Positions 10,385 through 20,300 of a stretch of DNA of 64,000 nt are shown piece by piece; position 1 is the first letter of the stretch; the number at the start of each line of letters is the position of its first letter. The position numbers and the translations under genes were made by a program. Below the pieces are notes generated by a model. It was given only the letters and a program-made list of their open reading frames with translations. It searched no databases and had not been told where the DNA came from. Origin of the DNA: a virus (taxonomy: Duplodnaviria > Caudoviricetes); the IMG/VR virus record IMGVR_UViG_3300021387_000994, positions 69,580-133,579 of that record; one strand, written 5' to 3'.

Positions 10385-11020
10385 ATGGAAGATATTATTT
10401 TTAATAAAAGAGAAGATGAAACACCAATTATGGTAACAGAACCAGAAACAACAGAAGTAGTTCCATCAGTTGAACCAAATGACATTGTGATTCCAGAATC
10501 ACCAGAAGGTTGTGAAGGTGCATTACCTTGTGATTGTCCAACTTGTGATACCCCAACTTGTGATACCCCAACTTGTGATTGTCCAACTTGTGATTGTTAC
10601 ACGGAAAAAAATTTAACCATTGGTGAATTTTTTGGAACACTTATAGAAAGTATTCCAATTACTTGGAGATACCATCTCAAATCAAGAAAGCATTCTGAAC
10701 ATGTTATTCTTGAAGAGTATTATGAAGATGCACAAGAAATAATAGACAGAATCATTGAGAGTTATCAAGGTAAATTCGATGTGATACTTGAATATGGAAA
10801 CCGTATATTCGACAATGGAAAAGAAGATATACTATATCTGTCAGAACTTAGAGATTTTGTACAGAATGGTAGAAATATGTTTGGTGACATTGTATCGTCA
10901 TCTGAAATAATGTCCGAAATTGACACACTTTTAAGTTTGCTTGATTCAACATTATACAAACTAAAAAATCTCACAGAATCAAAAAAACCATTCAAAACAT
11001 TTGAAGAGTTTGTAAAATAA
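10385..11020 (+). CDS. Ferritin/Dps-like (DUF5856-type) protein with N-terminal Cys-rich repeat
   Basis: WRYHL..HSEHVILEEYYE...D.IIESYQGK ... LLDSTLYKLKNL four-helix-bundle pattern. Confidence 0.65.
   Translation: MEDIIFNKREDETPIMVTEPETTEVVPSVEPNDIVIPESPEGCEGALPCDCPTCDTPTCDTPTCDCPTCDCYTEKNLTIGEFFGTLIESIPITWRYHLKSRKHSEHVILEEYYEDAQEIIDRIIESYQGKFDVILEYGNRIFDNGKEDILYLSELRDFVQNGRNMFGDIVSSSEIMSEIDTLLSLLDSTLYKLKNLTESKKPFKTFEEFVK
10529..10597 (+). repeat. 15-nt tandem repeat (about 4.6 copies) encoding CDCPT/CDTPT
   Basis: TGTGATTGTCCAACT and TGTGATACCCCAACT units read directly. Confidence 0.95.
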
Positions 11021-11052
11021 AAAAAAAGAACCCAAATGAGGTTCTTTTTTTT
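11021..11052. terminator. Bidirectional terminator between convergent genes
   Basis: A-tract GAACC...GGTTC T-tract. Confidence 0.7.
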
Positions 11053-11617
11053 ATACTCTTGATGGTTCCATTTCTATGTTTATCTTGTTGGCTGCCCAAC
11101 TTGTAGTGATAATTTTCTGGTCTATTGTATTTGAACTGAAATCAAATTCAAGACCTGACACACCAGTAAAAAGCAAATTGACGAAACTTATTCTATACAA
11201 CACTTTATTATTGCAATCAAGTATTTCCATACCAGGTGGTTTTGGAAGATATTTATCCTTGATTTCATAATAGTATATGAACAAATCACACAAAATACTC
11301 CAGATAATATACGATTGGTCTAATTCAAATGTTATCGTCATCTCTTTCCTGAATAGATAGTCTGGATATGCATCAGAACGTGAAATTCTACCGTATGGAG
11401 TTCCGGAATCTACTTGAACAATAGGGTCATAATTCTGTGGATTGACTTGAAGTTCAACTGACTTAATTTGAAGATTTATAAAATCTATTACTGTATCACA
11501 CATAATACCTGGTATCCTTTTCAGAATAGGTCTATATTTTTCTTCAATTTCATCGGGTACGAAAATTTTTGGAAAATGAAAACGAAAATTGTTATTTTTC
11601 CCAGATAGAAATGCCAT
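11051..11617 (-). CDS. Tail tube-like protein (gp19/gp3/gp54 fold)
   Basis: 188 aa with NNNFRFHFP, MTITFELD and LFTGVSGLEFDFS. Late promoter at 11639-11646. Confidence 0.55.
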   Translation of the reverse strand: MAFLSGKNNNFRFHFPKIFVPDEIEEKYRPILKRIPGIMCDTVIDFINLQIKSVELQVNPQNYDPIVQVDSGTPYGRISRSDAYPDYLFRKEMTITFELDQSYIIWSILCDLFIYYYEIKDKYLPKPPGMEILDCNNKVLYRISFVNLLFTGVSGLEFDFSSNTIDQKIITTSWAANKINIEMEPSRV

Positions 11618-11652
11618 ATTTAATATCTAATTTTAATATATTTATGATATAT

Positions 11653-11682
11653 AAAAAGGGTGTGGAATATTTCCACACCCTT
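11653..11682 (-). terminator. Intrinsic terminator after the S1-like gene
   Basis: AAGGGTGTGGAA-loop-TTCCACACCCTT. Confidence 0.8.
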
Positions 11683-11708
11683 GAAACAAAACAAGAAAGA
11701 GTACTCTT

Positions 11709-12890
11709 TTAATCCGTAATAATCCTAACGGTCTTTTTCACAGTATCGACATTCGATACACCGAATTGTACTTCCTTACCAATCTCAACGTTGTTCATAT
11801 CGATAACTTTTCTTGACAAAAAGAATGTGATATTATTGAAATTTGGAGCAGAAACCACAACACCGTTATCAAACGTATTCTTGATGACACCTGTAAGGAC
11901 ATACTTATTATCCTTATCGACAGCTTCCTTCAAATTGTTCCAACCTTCACTCTTACTGTTTGTCTGAGTTATAGTAACCCTGTCGTTAACGACACTCTCG
12001 ACATAGAATTTAATCGATTCACCAACTTTGATTTCACCATTCTTGAATTTATTCTCAGTCTCCTCATTCATCTCACTTACAGACAAAAGTGTAGGGACAC
12101 ATTCGTCAATTAAGATGAATACACCGAAAGGTTTGATGGATGAAACAATACCTTCCGTAAGAGATGCCTTATCCGTATTTTCAAGATTATAAAGCACATC
12201 ACCTTTCTTTGTATTCAAGAACTCCTTGTGTGATACTACAATACTATCTTTCACTTTAGAAACAGGCATAACATACATTGACTGACCAATCAAAGTATTA
12301 TAATCTTCTAGAGGTACAACATCAGATTCACTTCCTGGCATGAAACACTTCAAACCACTGACATCAACAATGAATCCGTTGAACACCTTGGAAGAATTGA
12401 ACACAATATCCTTGACAACACCGACATATGCTGAAGTTGGTGTTTCAATCTGCTTTATTAGTTCAATACGAAGTCTTTCCAACTGAGCACTCTTAGAAGC
12501 AGCGTCGGCGATAATCTTACCATCATGTTTGGTTACTACAACTTCAATTGTTTTACCAATCTCCATCTCATCCTTGATGGAAGATGTGTTCTTTGACGAA
12601 AGGTCAATTGTTGTAGAATGTTTTTTGGAAAGTGAAATGTCTGCAACATTGTCGTTAAATGAATTTACGACACCTGTACAAATACCCTTGTATGAAGAAC
12701 CGTCATAAGATGAAATCACATTAATATCATCTGAGTTAAATGAAGTATCATACATCTTCATCAAATCCAACACATACGGTTCTTTACAAAGAATTTTTTG
12801 ATGTCCGTTGATTGGGACAACCACTTTTTTAGATTCAAGTGGATTTTCCGGATTTATAATTTCAATAGTTTGAGTCTTTATTTTACTCAT
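11709..12890 (-). CDS. Ribosomal protein S1-like multi-S1-domain RNA-binding protein
   Basis: About 4 OB/S1 repeats: GFIVDVSGLKCFMPGSE, EGIVSSIKPFGVFI, GVIKNTFDNGVVV. Confidence 0.8.
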   Translation of the reverse strand: MSKIKTQTIEIINPENPLESKKVVVPINGHQKILCKEPYVLDLMKMYDTSFNSDDINVISSYDGSSYKGICTGVVNSFNDNVADISLSKKHSTTIDLSSKNTSSIKDEMEIGKTIEVVVTKHDGKIIADAASKSAQLERLRIELIKQIETPTSAYVGVVKDIVFNSSKVFNGFIVDVSGLKCFMPGSESDVVPLEDYNTLIGQSMYVMPVSKVKDSIVVSHKEFLNTKKGDVLYNLENTDKASLTEGIVSSIKPFGVFILIDECVPTLLSVSEMNEETENKFKNGEIKVGESIKFYVESVVNDRVTITQTNSKSEGWNNLKEAVDKDNKYVLTGVIKNTFDNGVVVSAPNFNNITFFLSRKVIDMNNVEIGKEVQFGVSNVDTVKKTVRIITD

Positions 12891-12944
12891 TTAAAAAAAA
12901 TTTATGTGTCTTTCGACACTGGTTAAACACTACAAGTTATTTAT

Positions 12945-12977
12945 GATTGGTGTGTTTAAAACCAAAACACACCAATC
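12945..12977 (-). terminator. Hairpin / probable terminator
   Basis: GATTGGTGTGTTT...AAACACACCAATC, with a weak U-tract. Confidence 0.55.
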
Positions 12978-12983
12978 ACACAA

Positions 12984-13772
12984 TTAAAGTTCAGCAGAAA
13001 CCTCTTCCTTTGTAGTCATTTCTTCAGGAATATCATTCTCACTCTGAGAAAACTCAGTGTCAATATTCTGCAAATACTTTGCATACTCACGAGCAGTCTC
13101 ATACTCCTTCTGAATCTGACGGACAGTTTCACCGATGTTCTTACCACAGTTTGCCCAACAAGAAAGGAACTCCTTGGCGGTATTCCAACCCTTACCCTCA
13201 ATCTTGTTCAACATGAAATCTTGCAATGCAAGTACGTTACCTGAACGTAGCATAATAACACCATCAAAATCTTTTGAACGGACGAAACCACGATTCTCTT
13301 CAAGATTCTTTGTAAGTGTCATAAGTGCAGGAGCAGTCTTGGAAGTCCACACCATAGAATGGTTGCAGAAGTCAAGAAGTTGATTGAACGTCTTACTGTT
13401 AACAATATTAATATGATACTCACGAGACACTTGTGCTGTTCTTTCATTGTCAAACAACTCAGTTGCTGCATCAAGATATGGTTTCAACTCAGACTGTTTA
13501 AAAGACAAAGATGTAATCTCATCCTCAAGTTTCTTCAGTTCAGAATCAGCGATTTCAACAACACCTTTCTTTGCTTCAAACTGTTTAGATGTCTCACCAT
13601 AAAGAGTCTTTATACTCTCAAGGTCTTTAAGATGAACATCGAACTCACTTTGTTTTGTTTCGAGTTCTCTTCTTTTCTGATTAAGAGTCTCGATTCGATT
13701 AGAAACCTCTTCTATTTGTTCCTTAGTAATTTTTTCGACCTCTGTCGTTTCTTTTTTGATTTCTTCACTCAT
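12984..13772 (-). CDS. Hypothetical coiled-coil protein
   Basis: 262 aa, heptad-rich N-terminal half, with its own promoter motif. Confidence 0.6.
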   Translation of the reverse strand: MSEEIKKETTEVEKITKEQIEEVSNRIETLNQKRRELETKQSEFDVHLKDLESIKTLYGETSKQFEAKKGVVEIADSELKKLEDEITSLSFKQSELKPYLDAATELFDNERTAQVSREYHINIVNSKTFNQLLDFCNHSMVWTSKTAPALMTLTKNLEENRGFVRSKDFDGVIMLRSGNVLALQDFMLNKIEGKGWNTAKEFLSCWANCGKNIGETVRQIQKEYETAREYAKYLQNIDTEFSQSENDIPEEMTTKEEVSAEL

Positions 13773-13818
13773 AGTTTAAAATATTAAAAAATTCTATATT
13801 AAATATAACAAAAATTTA

Positions 13819-14070
13819 TTACTTTCCTTTTAAAGATTTGACCAATTCATCCAAAGTTTTGTATAAATCACCAGGATGATAATCTGCATAACCAGCTAAT
13901 TTGTAAGTTTCCTCTTCTATGATTCTATCATTAAAAAAAACTCCTTTAAAAGAAATTCCTTTCAATTTTCTCTTCGTAAATGATACAGATTCTATTTTCC
14001 CTTTTCTAATTTTATTGTCCAAAAGAAAATAGACAATATCACCCAAATTAAAAGTCGTATTATATGTCAT
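13819..14070 (-). CDS. Small hypothetical protein (paralogue of 14076-14309)
   Basis: TTFNLGDIVYFL ... LYKTLDELVKSL. Confidence 0.65.
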   Translation of the reverse strand: MTYNTTFNLGDIVYFLLDNKIRKGKIESVSFTKRKLKGISFKGVFFNDRIIEEETYKLAGYADYHPGDLYKTLDELVKSLKGK

Positions 14071-14075
14071 AATTC

Positions 14076-14309
14076 TTAAAAATTTTTTATCAAAGAGTTA
14101 ATAAGTTCATCTTTTGTATCAAACACATCTTTATCATACACCTCTATGTTATACCCACAACCACACCTAATACCTACATATTTTACAGAGCGTCTACTAG
14201 ATTGTAACGTAACAAACACTTCTATTTTTTCAATGAGTATCTCTACCGGCATATTATTAACCATACACCAACATTTATCACCAATATCGTATTTTGTACT
14301 TATTTCCAT
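14076..14309 (-). CDS. Small hypothetical protein (paralogue of 13819-14070)
   Basis: STKYDIGDKCWCM ... VFDTKDELINSL. Confidence 0.65.
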   Translation of the reverse strand: MEISTKYDIGDKCWCMVNNMPVEILIEKIEVFVTLQSSRRSVKYVGIRCGCGYNIEVYDKDVFDTKDELINSLIKNF

Positions 14310-14311
14310 AA

Positions 14312-14788
14312 CTAAAACAATGTTTCTTCCTCTTTTTTATTTTTTGTTACTTTTTTATTTGTCTTTTTAACTATGACACAATCATTATTATCAAAAAAAT
14401 TCTTTTTTATAAGGTCAAGTGTTTTAGTAATAGTTTCTTCGTCAAACATATACGCCTCCTCCAATTCTCTCATCCCAATCTCGTTTATCTCCATATATTT
14501 CTCCAAAACACAATCCTCATATTCACTGAGTATCTTATCCTTCTTTTTCTTCTGTGAAATTTTCAATTTCAAGAAAGGAGGTAAATCCGTGTATCTTGTA
14601 GCAAGCATTGCCACAAGATTTGAGGAAAGTTCTGGGTCGGAATCAAGATTATTTACAAGATTACACTGAATCGGATATTGAGCACTGAATAATCTCTTTA
14701 ACATAAACGAGTGCTTTCTTTTGTCTACACTCGATACTGCACCAGAATTTCTGTGACAAAAATAATTTAATATTTCGAATAGTTCCAT
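14312..14788 (-). CDS. Hypothetical protein, possibly clamp-loader small subunit (gp62-like)
   Basis: MELFEILN and FMLKRLFS loosely match gp62. Lies next to RNase H. Confidence 0.35.
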   Translation of the reverse strand: MELFEILNYFCHRNSGAVSSVDKRKHSFMLKRLFSAQYPIQCNLVNNLDSDPELSSNLVAMLATRYTDLPPFLKLKISQKKKKDKILSEYEDCVLEKYMEINEIGMRELEEAYMFDEETITKTLDLIKKNFFDNNDCVIVKKTNKKVTKNKKEEETLF

Positions 14789-14808
14789 GTCTTAAATATA
14801 ACAAAAAA

Positions 14809-15990
14809 TTAATCGTGAATAAAAGATAAATCACCATCATCCTTAACACCTTTTAAAGCGTTTATCTGAATGGTACTTTTATAGTCTTTGAATCTCGATT
14901 TTGAGAATATTTTCTCTTTCGTTATCTTTGAAACAACAGCATTGTTTTTCAACATCTCTTCATTTATGTTTGCATCCATGTCTTTAATGATATAATCAGG
15001 AATACTTTCCTCAGTCAAAGCGACAAGTTTTGCATTTGTCTTGATGTTTTCAAAAAGCATCCTCTTTGTGAAATTATCATCCTTTATCTTTGCAATATCA
15101 TATATAACATTACAGAGTATTTTCAATGCTTCATCGTTTGAATAGATTGTATAGTTGAACTTACATCCTAGTCTCTTTACAAATTCATCATATATTTTTT
15201 CAGTGGTTTTGATACCGATACCCTTAGACCTTGTTGTCCCGTCACCTTGTTTATAATACACCGGATAGATATTGTCAGACTGGTCTCCGGAAACGACTTT
15301 TGTAAATCTAACGACCTCTGGTTCCACAACCTCAACATTCACACTCGATACAAACTTTCTAAATGGGTCACTCTCAATGGAAACTGCAAAAACTTCACCA
15401 AACAAATTCTCAGACGAAAGGTTTGTCTTTTTTTCCAAATCTTTGATAAAGTCATCACTTTCTTTGCTAACATATAACTTGTTTGTCAATGGAGCATATT
15501 GAATTATTTGCACACCATCAACACATTTAACCAATTGGGTTAAATCCCTATCTGTTGAAAAAATTAGAGACGACTTTCCATTTTTAAAAAGAGACTCACT
15601 CCATACATAAATCAAATCGTCACCCTCACTATGCTCAACTTGTGAAACCTTAATTCCAAGACTCTTTATAGTTTCAGTAAAAGAATTTGTTACCTCACCG
15701 AAACTTTCTTTATTAATATTGTCTTGAACTTTCTTACGATTTCCTTTATATTCTCTTTGTAACAATAAGTCTTTTCGCCATGGATGTGGTGAATCCTTCA
15801 CGAATACTATATCGTTGATAATCGGATTCATCTGTTTAACAATATTACAGAAATCTAGCATCAGTTTCTTCTCATAAGCGTCTTTGTCTTTCTGTGTGTT
15901 CAAAACTTTGGTATTTCCTTGTTTGAACACTCCCCACAGACTTCTGAAAAAAAAGTTGTGTCCATCTATTATCAAAGTAAATCTTTTCAT
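14809..15990 (-). CDS. rnh: T4 RNase H-like 5'-3' exonuclease / flap endonuclease
   Basis: LIIDG, YKGNRK, EGDDLI, STDRDL and GDQSDNI catalytic motifs. ATG at 15990 preferred as start. Confidence 0.9.
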   Translation of the reverse strand: MKRFTLIIDGHNFFFRSLWGVFKQGNTKVLNTQKDKDAYEKKLMLDFCNIVKQMNPIINDIVFVKDSPHPWRKDLLLQREYKGNRKKVQDNINKESFGEVTNSFTETIKSLGIKVSQVEHSEGDDLIYVWSESLFKNGKSSLIFSTDRDLTQLVKCVDGVQIIQYAPLTNKLYVSKESDDFIKDLEKKTNLSSENLFGEVFAVSIESDPFRKFVSSVNVEVVEPEVVRFTKVVSGDQSDNIYPVYYKQGDGTTRSKGIGIKTTEKIYDEFVKRLGCKFNYTIYSNDEALKILCNVIYDIAKIKDDNFTKRMLFENIKTNAKLVALTEESIPDYIIKDMDANINEEMLKNNAVVSKITKEKIFSKSRFKDYKSTIQINALKGVKDDGDLSFIHD

Positions 15991-16012
15991 ATAATTAAAT
16001 ATAACAAAACTT

Positions 16013-16723
16013 TTATAAATCAATATAATTTGTAATAAGTCTTACTTTTGGTTTATGTTGTGTCACAATCGTTGGAAAACTTGTCAAAAAATCAATCCCG
16101 TCTTCTCCTATTACTTGTATAAAATCAGAATTATTAGAAAGCACCATATTCATAAAACTAACATAATCATCAAAATCAAAATCAACATAAAACTTCCTGT
16201 TCATATAATCATTTGGAATATACCCATAGAAAATAAACATATTGTTAAAAAAATCAACAACATTCTTATCCAACGAATCACTCAGATACATTTCTATCTT
16301 TGTAACTGTGTAAGTCTGGTTAAAAAAATCTTGCTTTTTTTCATTATCTAAATCAGATAAAGCATTTTCAAACAATTCAAAATAATTTTCATCATTTATA
16401 AATGTAAATGTCACATTCCGTAAATTACGGAAAACATTGAAAATACTAAAAATACATTCCAATCCACTAGTTTTAATTTTTTTCTCTTTACAATAATTAA
16501 AGCATTCCATCAAAATATTAACAACATCATTGGAATGTAAACTCATAATTTTCTTACAATAATCATCTTCAGATATAGTATTTTCAATCCCACTTTTTTT
16601 TAAAAAAATATAAAAATTAAAGATTCCCTTATCCTTTAAAGGAAGTTTTAAATCTATCTCAAAAATTTGAAGCAGTCTAAAAGCAAACTTATTTTTTTCC
16701 ATATTAAAATATTTTTTATCCAT
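16013..16723 (-). CDS. Hypothetical protein
   Basis: 236 aa ORF with promoter motif at 16751-16763. Confidence 0.55.
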   Translation of the reverse strand: MDKKYFNMEKNKFAFRLLQIFEIDLKLPLKDKGIFNFYIFLKKSGIENTISEDDYCKKIMSLHSNDVVNILMECFNYCKEKKIKTSGLECIFSIFNVFRNLRNVTFTFINDENYFELFENALSDLDNEKKQDFFNQTYTVTKIEMYLSDSLDKNVVDFFNNMFIFYGYIPNDYMNRKFYVDFDFDDYVSFMNMVLSNNSDFIQVIGEDGIDFLTSFPTIVTQHKPKVRLITNYIDL

Positions 16724-16765
16724 AAATATCTAATAAAACTATTTACTCTTAAATATAACAAAACT

Positions 16766-17254
16766 ATGGATATAAAATCATTAAAACCGGTTGCTTACGG
16801 AAAATTCAGACAAGGATACTATAATCCGATTCATCCAGAAAAATATGTAACAAATAAGAATCAAATCATTTATAGAAGTTCATGGGAACTTCGTTTTATG
16901 AAATGGTTGGACACATGTATTGATGTTATCGAATGGGCATCAGAACCGGTTTCAATAAAATATTTCTATACCATAGACCAAAGAATACATACATACTATC
17001 CAGACTTTTATTTTTCGTACAAGAAGCAAGACGGAAGAATACTAAAATATATAGTTGAGTGCAAACCATCTAATCAATTAAAAGAACCAGAACCTCCAAA
17101 AAGAAGAACTGTAAAATCAATAAAAAACTATAATTACTTAATGGAATGTTGTATTAAGAACTCTTGTAAGAGAATAGCGGCTAAAAAATGGTGTGAAGAA
17201 AATGGATATCACTTTGTATACTTAACTGAAAAATCAAATTTAAACTTCTTGTAG
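16766..17254 (+). CDS. Head completion nuclease, T4 gp4-like (TnsA-type PD-(D/E)xK)
   Basis: YRSSWELRFMKWLD, WASEP, HTYYPDF and IVECKP. ATG at 16766 follows the late promoter at 16721. Confidence 0.9.
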   Translation: MDIKSLKPVAYGKFRQGYYNPIHPEKYVTNKNQIIYRSSWELRFMKWLDTCIDVIEWASEPVSIKYFYTIDQRIHTYYPDFYFSYKKQDGRILKYIVECKPSNQLKEPEPPKRRTVKSIKNYNYLMECCIKNSCKRIAAKKWCEENGYHFVYLTEKSNLNFL

Positions 17255-17340
17255 AAACTTTTATATTATGATATAAACAAATGAGCCATAAATTTTGTTT
17301 ATATCAATCATAAATATATTACATAAAAACAATCATTTAG

Positions 17341-20300
17341 ATGCCAAAAGCAGTAAGTTTGAACGATGTTGCCGGTATGTTGTCTACTAGGGGTGACATA
17401 TCTACAATAGGTGGTGCAATCGGATGTATGTCGGCAATGATAAGTGGTGATGCCAGGGATAAAGAAAACACCACTAGTAACGACATTAAAAAAATACAGG
17501 AATTTATTCTCGGTGACGGTGGAAGTCTGTCATCGATGATTGATAGTATACATGAGGCTATAGCAGACCAAACTATTGAAATTCAAAAAATAATTGAAGG
17601 AAACAAAGAAAAGAAACTTGTAAAGTCTGACATTTCTAAGATGATTAAGACTGCAACCGATGGTCTTGAAAAAAGACTTGACAGAATTATAGATTCGTTA
17701 AGAAAGATTGGTAAAGACCAAGGTGGGAGTATGAAATGGGGTAAAACAAAAAGAGAAAGGGATTCTATCGAACAATTCAGACTTTCATTAAACGATAAGA
17801 AAAAAATGAAAGAAAGTAAGATAGGAAAACTTGTTTCTATGCTCAGTGAATTGAAAGCGGTTTCTCTTAAAGACCTTTTGACATTCAGACCGAAAATTAA
17901 ACTTCTTGACAATCTTAATCCACAGATTAATTCACTCGCTAAGAATATAAATTCAAAAAATGTTGCAAAGGTTTCTGACTTTTTGGAGAAAAGTCCAAAG
18001 ATGTTCGAGAATTTAAATCTTTCGATTAGGTTGGCGAGATTTATAAAACAGAAAGAACTTGATAAGTTTTATGACATACTCGGTGTAGATGATAAGAAAA
18101 AACCAAAAAAGAGGTCTATTTTAGGCCTTCTGACGAGTTTTAGTGAGTTGAATGAGGCAACATTAAACAAATCCAAAAAGAACGTCGCCATGGTCTTTAA
18201 AATGGTCCGTGACATTTGTTCGGGAGTTGCAGTGTTGGTTGTTGCCACACCTGTGATACTCGCCGCCGGTATTTTGTCAAAACCTTTAGAATGGGCTTTC
18301 TTCGGTTTCAGTAAGAGTGGTGATGGTGGAATAATGGGATTGTTAACTAAACTTTCAAAGAAAAGAAAGACTATACGTGACGCTAATGAAGCCATCGTGT
18401 CGATGAGTCTTGGATTTGTTGCACTCGGTGCTGGTCTCGGTCTGTTGTTCTCACTTACCAAGAAAATAGAGTGGGTGCAACTTGCAAGAGTTGCTGCTAC
18501 AACTGTTGTCTTTGGTACACTTACTACTTTACTAGGTAAGTTTAAGAAACCTATTAAAACGGGTGTAGAGTCAATGTTGATGTTGTCGGCCGGTATAGTC
18601 AGTCTTGGAATCGGTCTTGGTTTGTTGTTTAAATTGACCAAAGGTGTCGATTGGGAGCAGATGTCTATAGTCGGAACATCGGTTCTCGGATTCGGTCTTA
18701 TCGCTGCAACATTCGGTAAGTTTGATAGAACTATACAGAAAGGTTCCATTGCAATGGTTATGATGAGTCTCGGTATTACAACACTGGGTCTCGGTATGGG
18801 TGTCTTGTTTGGATTGACAAAGAATATAACATGGAAACAGATGTCCGTCGTTGGTGCAAGCATGGCAATGTTAGGTGTCGTGACACTTGGTCTCGGTGTA
18901 ATAAACAAGACCGGTATGGTTGTTGAGGGTGCAATCGCTATGGGTGTTCTCGGATTGGCCTTAATACCATTTGGTCTTTCTATGAAACTTCTTATGAGTT
19001 CTGTGAGAGGTTTGAAGTGGAGTGAGTTCGGTGTGTTTGCATCAACAACACTTCTACTTGGCAGTGCAGTCATAGGACTTGGTGCATTAATGTGTACCGG
19101 TGTCGGTGCAATCGCTTGGACGGCTGGTCTTGCTGCAATAGGAGGTCTAGGTTTGGCACTTATTCCTTTTGGTAAAGGAATGCAGCAAATTTCAAGAGCA
19201 GCAAATGGAGTAGACAACAAGGCAATTGAAAATTTGGTAGATTCTGCCAAAAAGATAATAGTTACATTGAGTAGTGCAGCAACGAGAAAAGAAAGACGTA
19301 ATGCAAGAAAGAATGCAAGATTGATGAAGTCAATAGGTGGAAGTCTCAACGGTGTTGCTAAAAGTCTTAAAACATTTAACGAAGTATCTTCATCATCAAT
19401 AGAGAAAGCAATCGATTCTATCAAGAAAATATCTGAATTTTTCTTTGGTGAGAAAGGTATGTCAAAATATGGACTTGATTGGAAAAAGAGAATAAAGTCT
19501 AAAAAAGAAGCAGACACAATTGGACAAGTTTCTAGTATAATGCACAGACTTTCAACTGGATTAAAGATATTTAATGAAGTTGCACCAACATCTATAGACA
19601 AGGCCATGGATGCAGTCAAGAAGATTGCTGAATTTTTCTTCTCACCGAACAGTGGGTTGAACAAACTCAATGCAAGTTGGTCTAACAGACGTAAGGCAAA
19701 AAAGACATCAGATACCATCGTTCAAATATCAAACTGCATTTTCAAACTCTCCAAGGGATTGAAAGATTTCAATGAAGTGAGTGAGAGTTCTATAAGTAAA
19801 GCAAAGAAAGCAATACATAATATTGCACATTACTTTTTCTCACCAAGTAGTTCATTGAATAAGATGAATGTCGATTGGATGAAGAGAAAGAAGGGTAAGA
19901 AAAATGCAGACGCCATCGGTGCAATCGGTGATTCGATGTATAAAATATCAAAGGCATTGAAAGAATTTAATGAGATAGGTGATAAGGCGGTTAATAGAAT
20001 GATGGAAACCGTCGATAAGATTGCAAACTATTTCTTCGATAGCAAGAAAAAAGTAAATACCGGAAAGTCTTGGAAGATTCAACGTTCTATGGAATATATT
20101 GCAGACGGACTCAGTTACTTCGACGATAAGACAAAAGATATTGATAGTAAGAGATTGATTGAAAACTTCGATGTATTCAATAAAGTGTCTTCACAAATTC
20201 TTGATAAATGGAAGACTGATTATAGAGACACTGCAACTGACATTAATAAGAGTATGAGTATTCTTGTTAATTCTTTCAATGATGCTGGTAGTAAATACAG

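Noticed and set aside
16667-16765. Extended N-termini in the ORF track (gp4 from 16667, rnh from 16023, Zn-ribbon from 57742, fibre from 38203)
   Set aside because: These extensions run through promoter motifs or neighbouring genes. Downstream ATGs fit better.
16766-17254. TnsA-like nuclease as evidence of a Tn7 transposon
   Set aside because: Motifs and late promoter match the T4 gp4 head-completion protein, and there are no tnsB/tnsC genes or transposon ends.
18069-19718. 549-aa antisense ORF inside the tape measure (also 29000-29830, 794-1267, 40572-41114 and similar)
   Set aside because: Shadow ORFs arising from codon bias of the sense genes, with no promoter or recognisable motifs.
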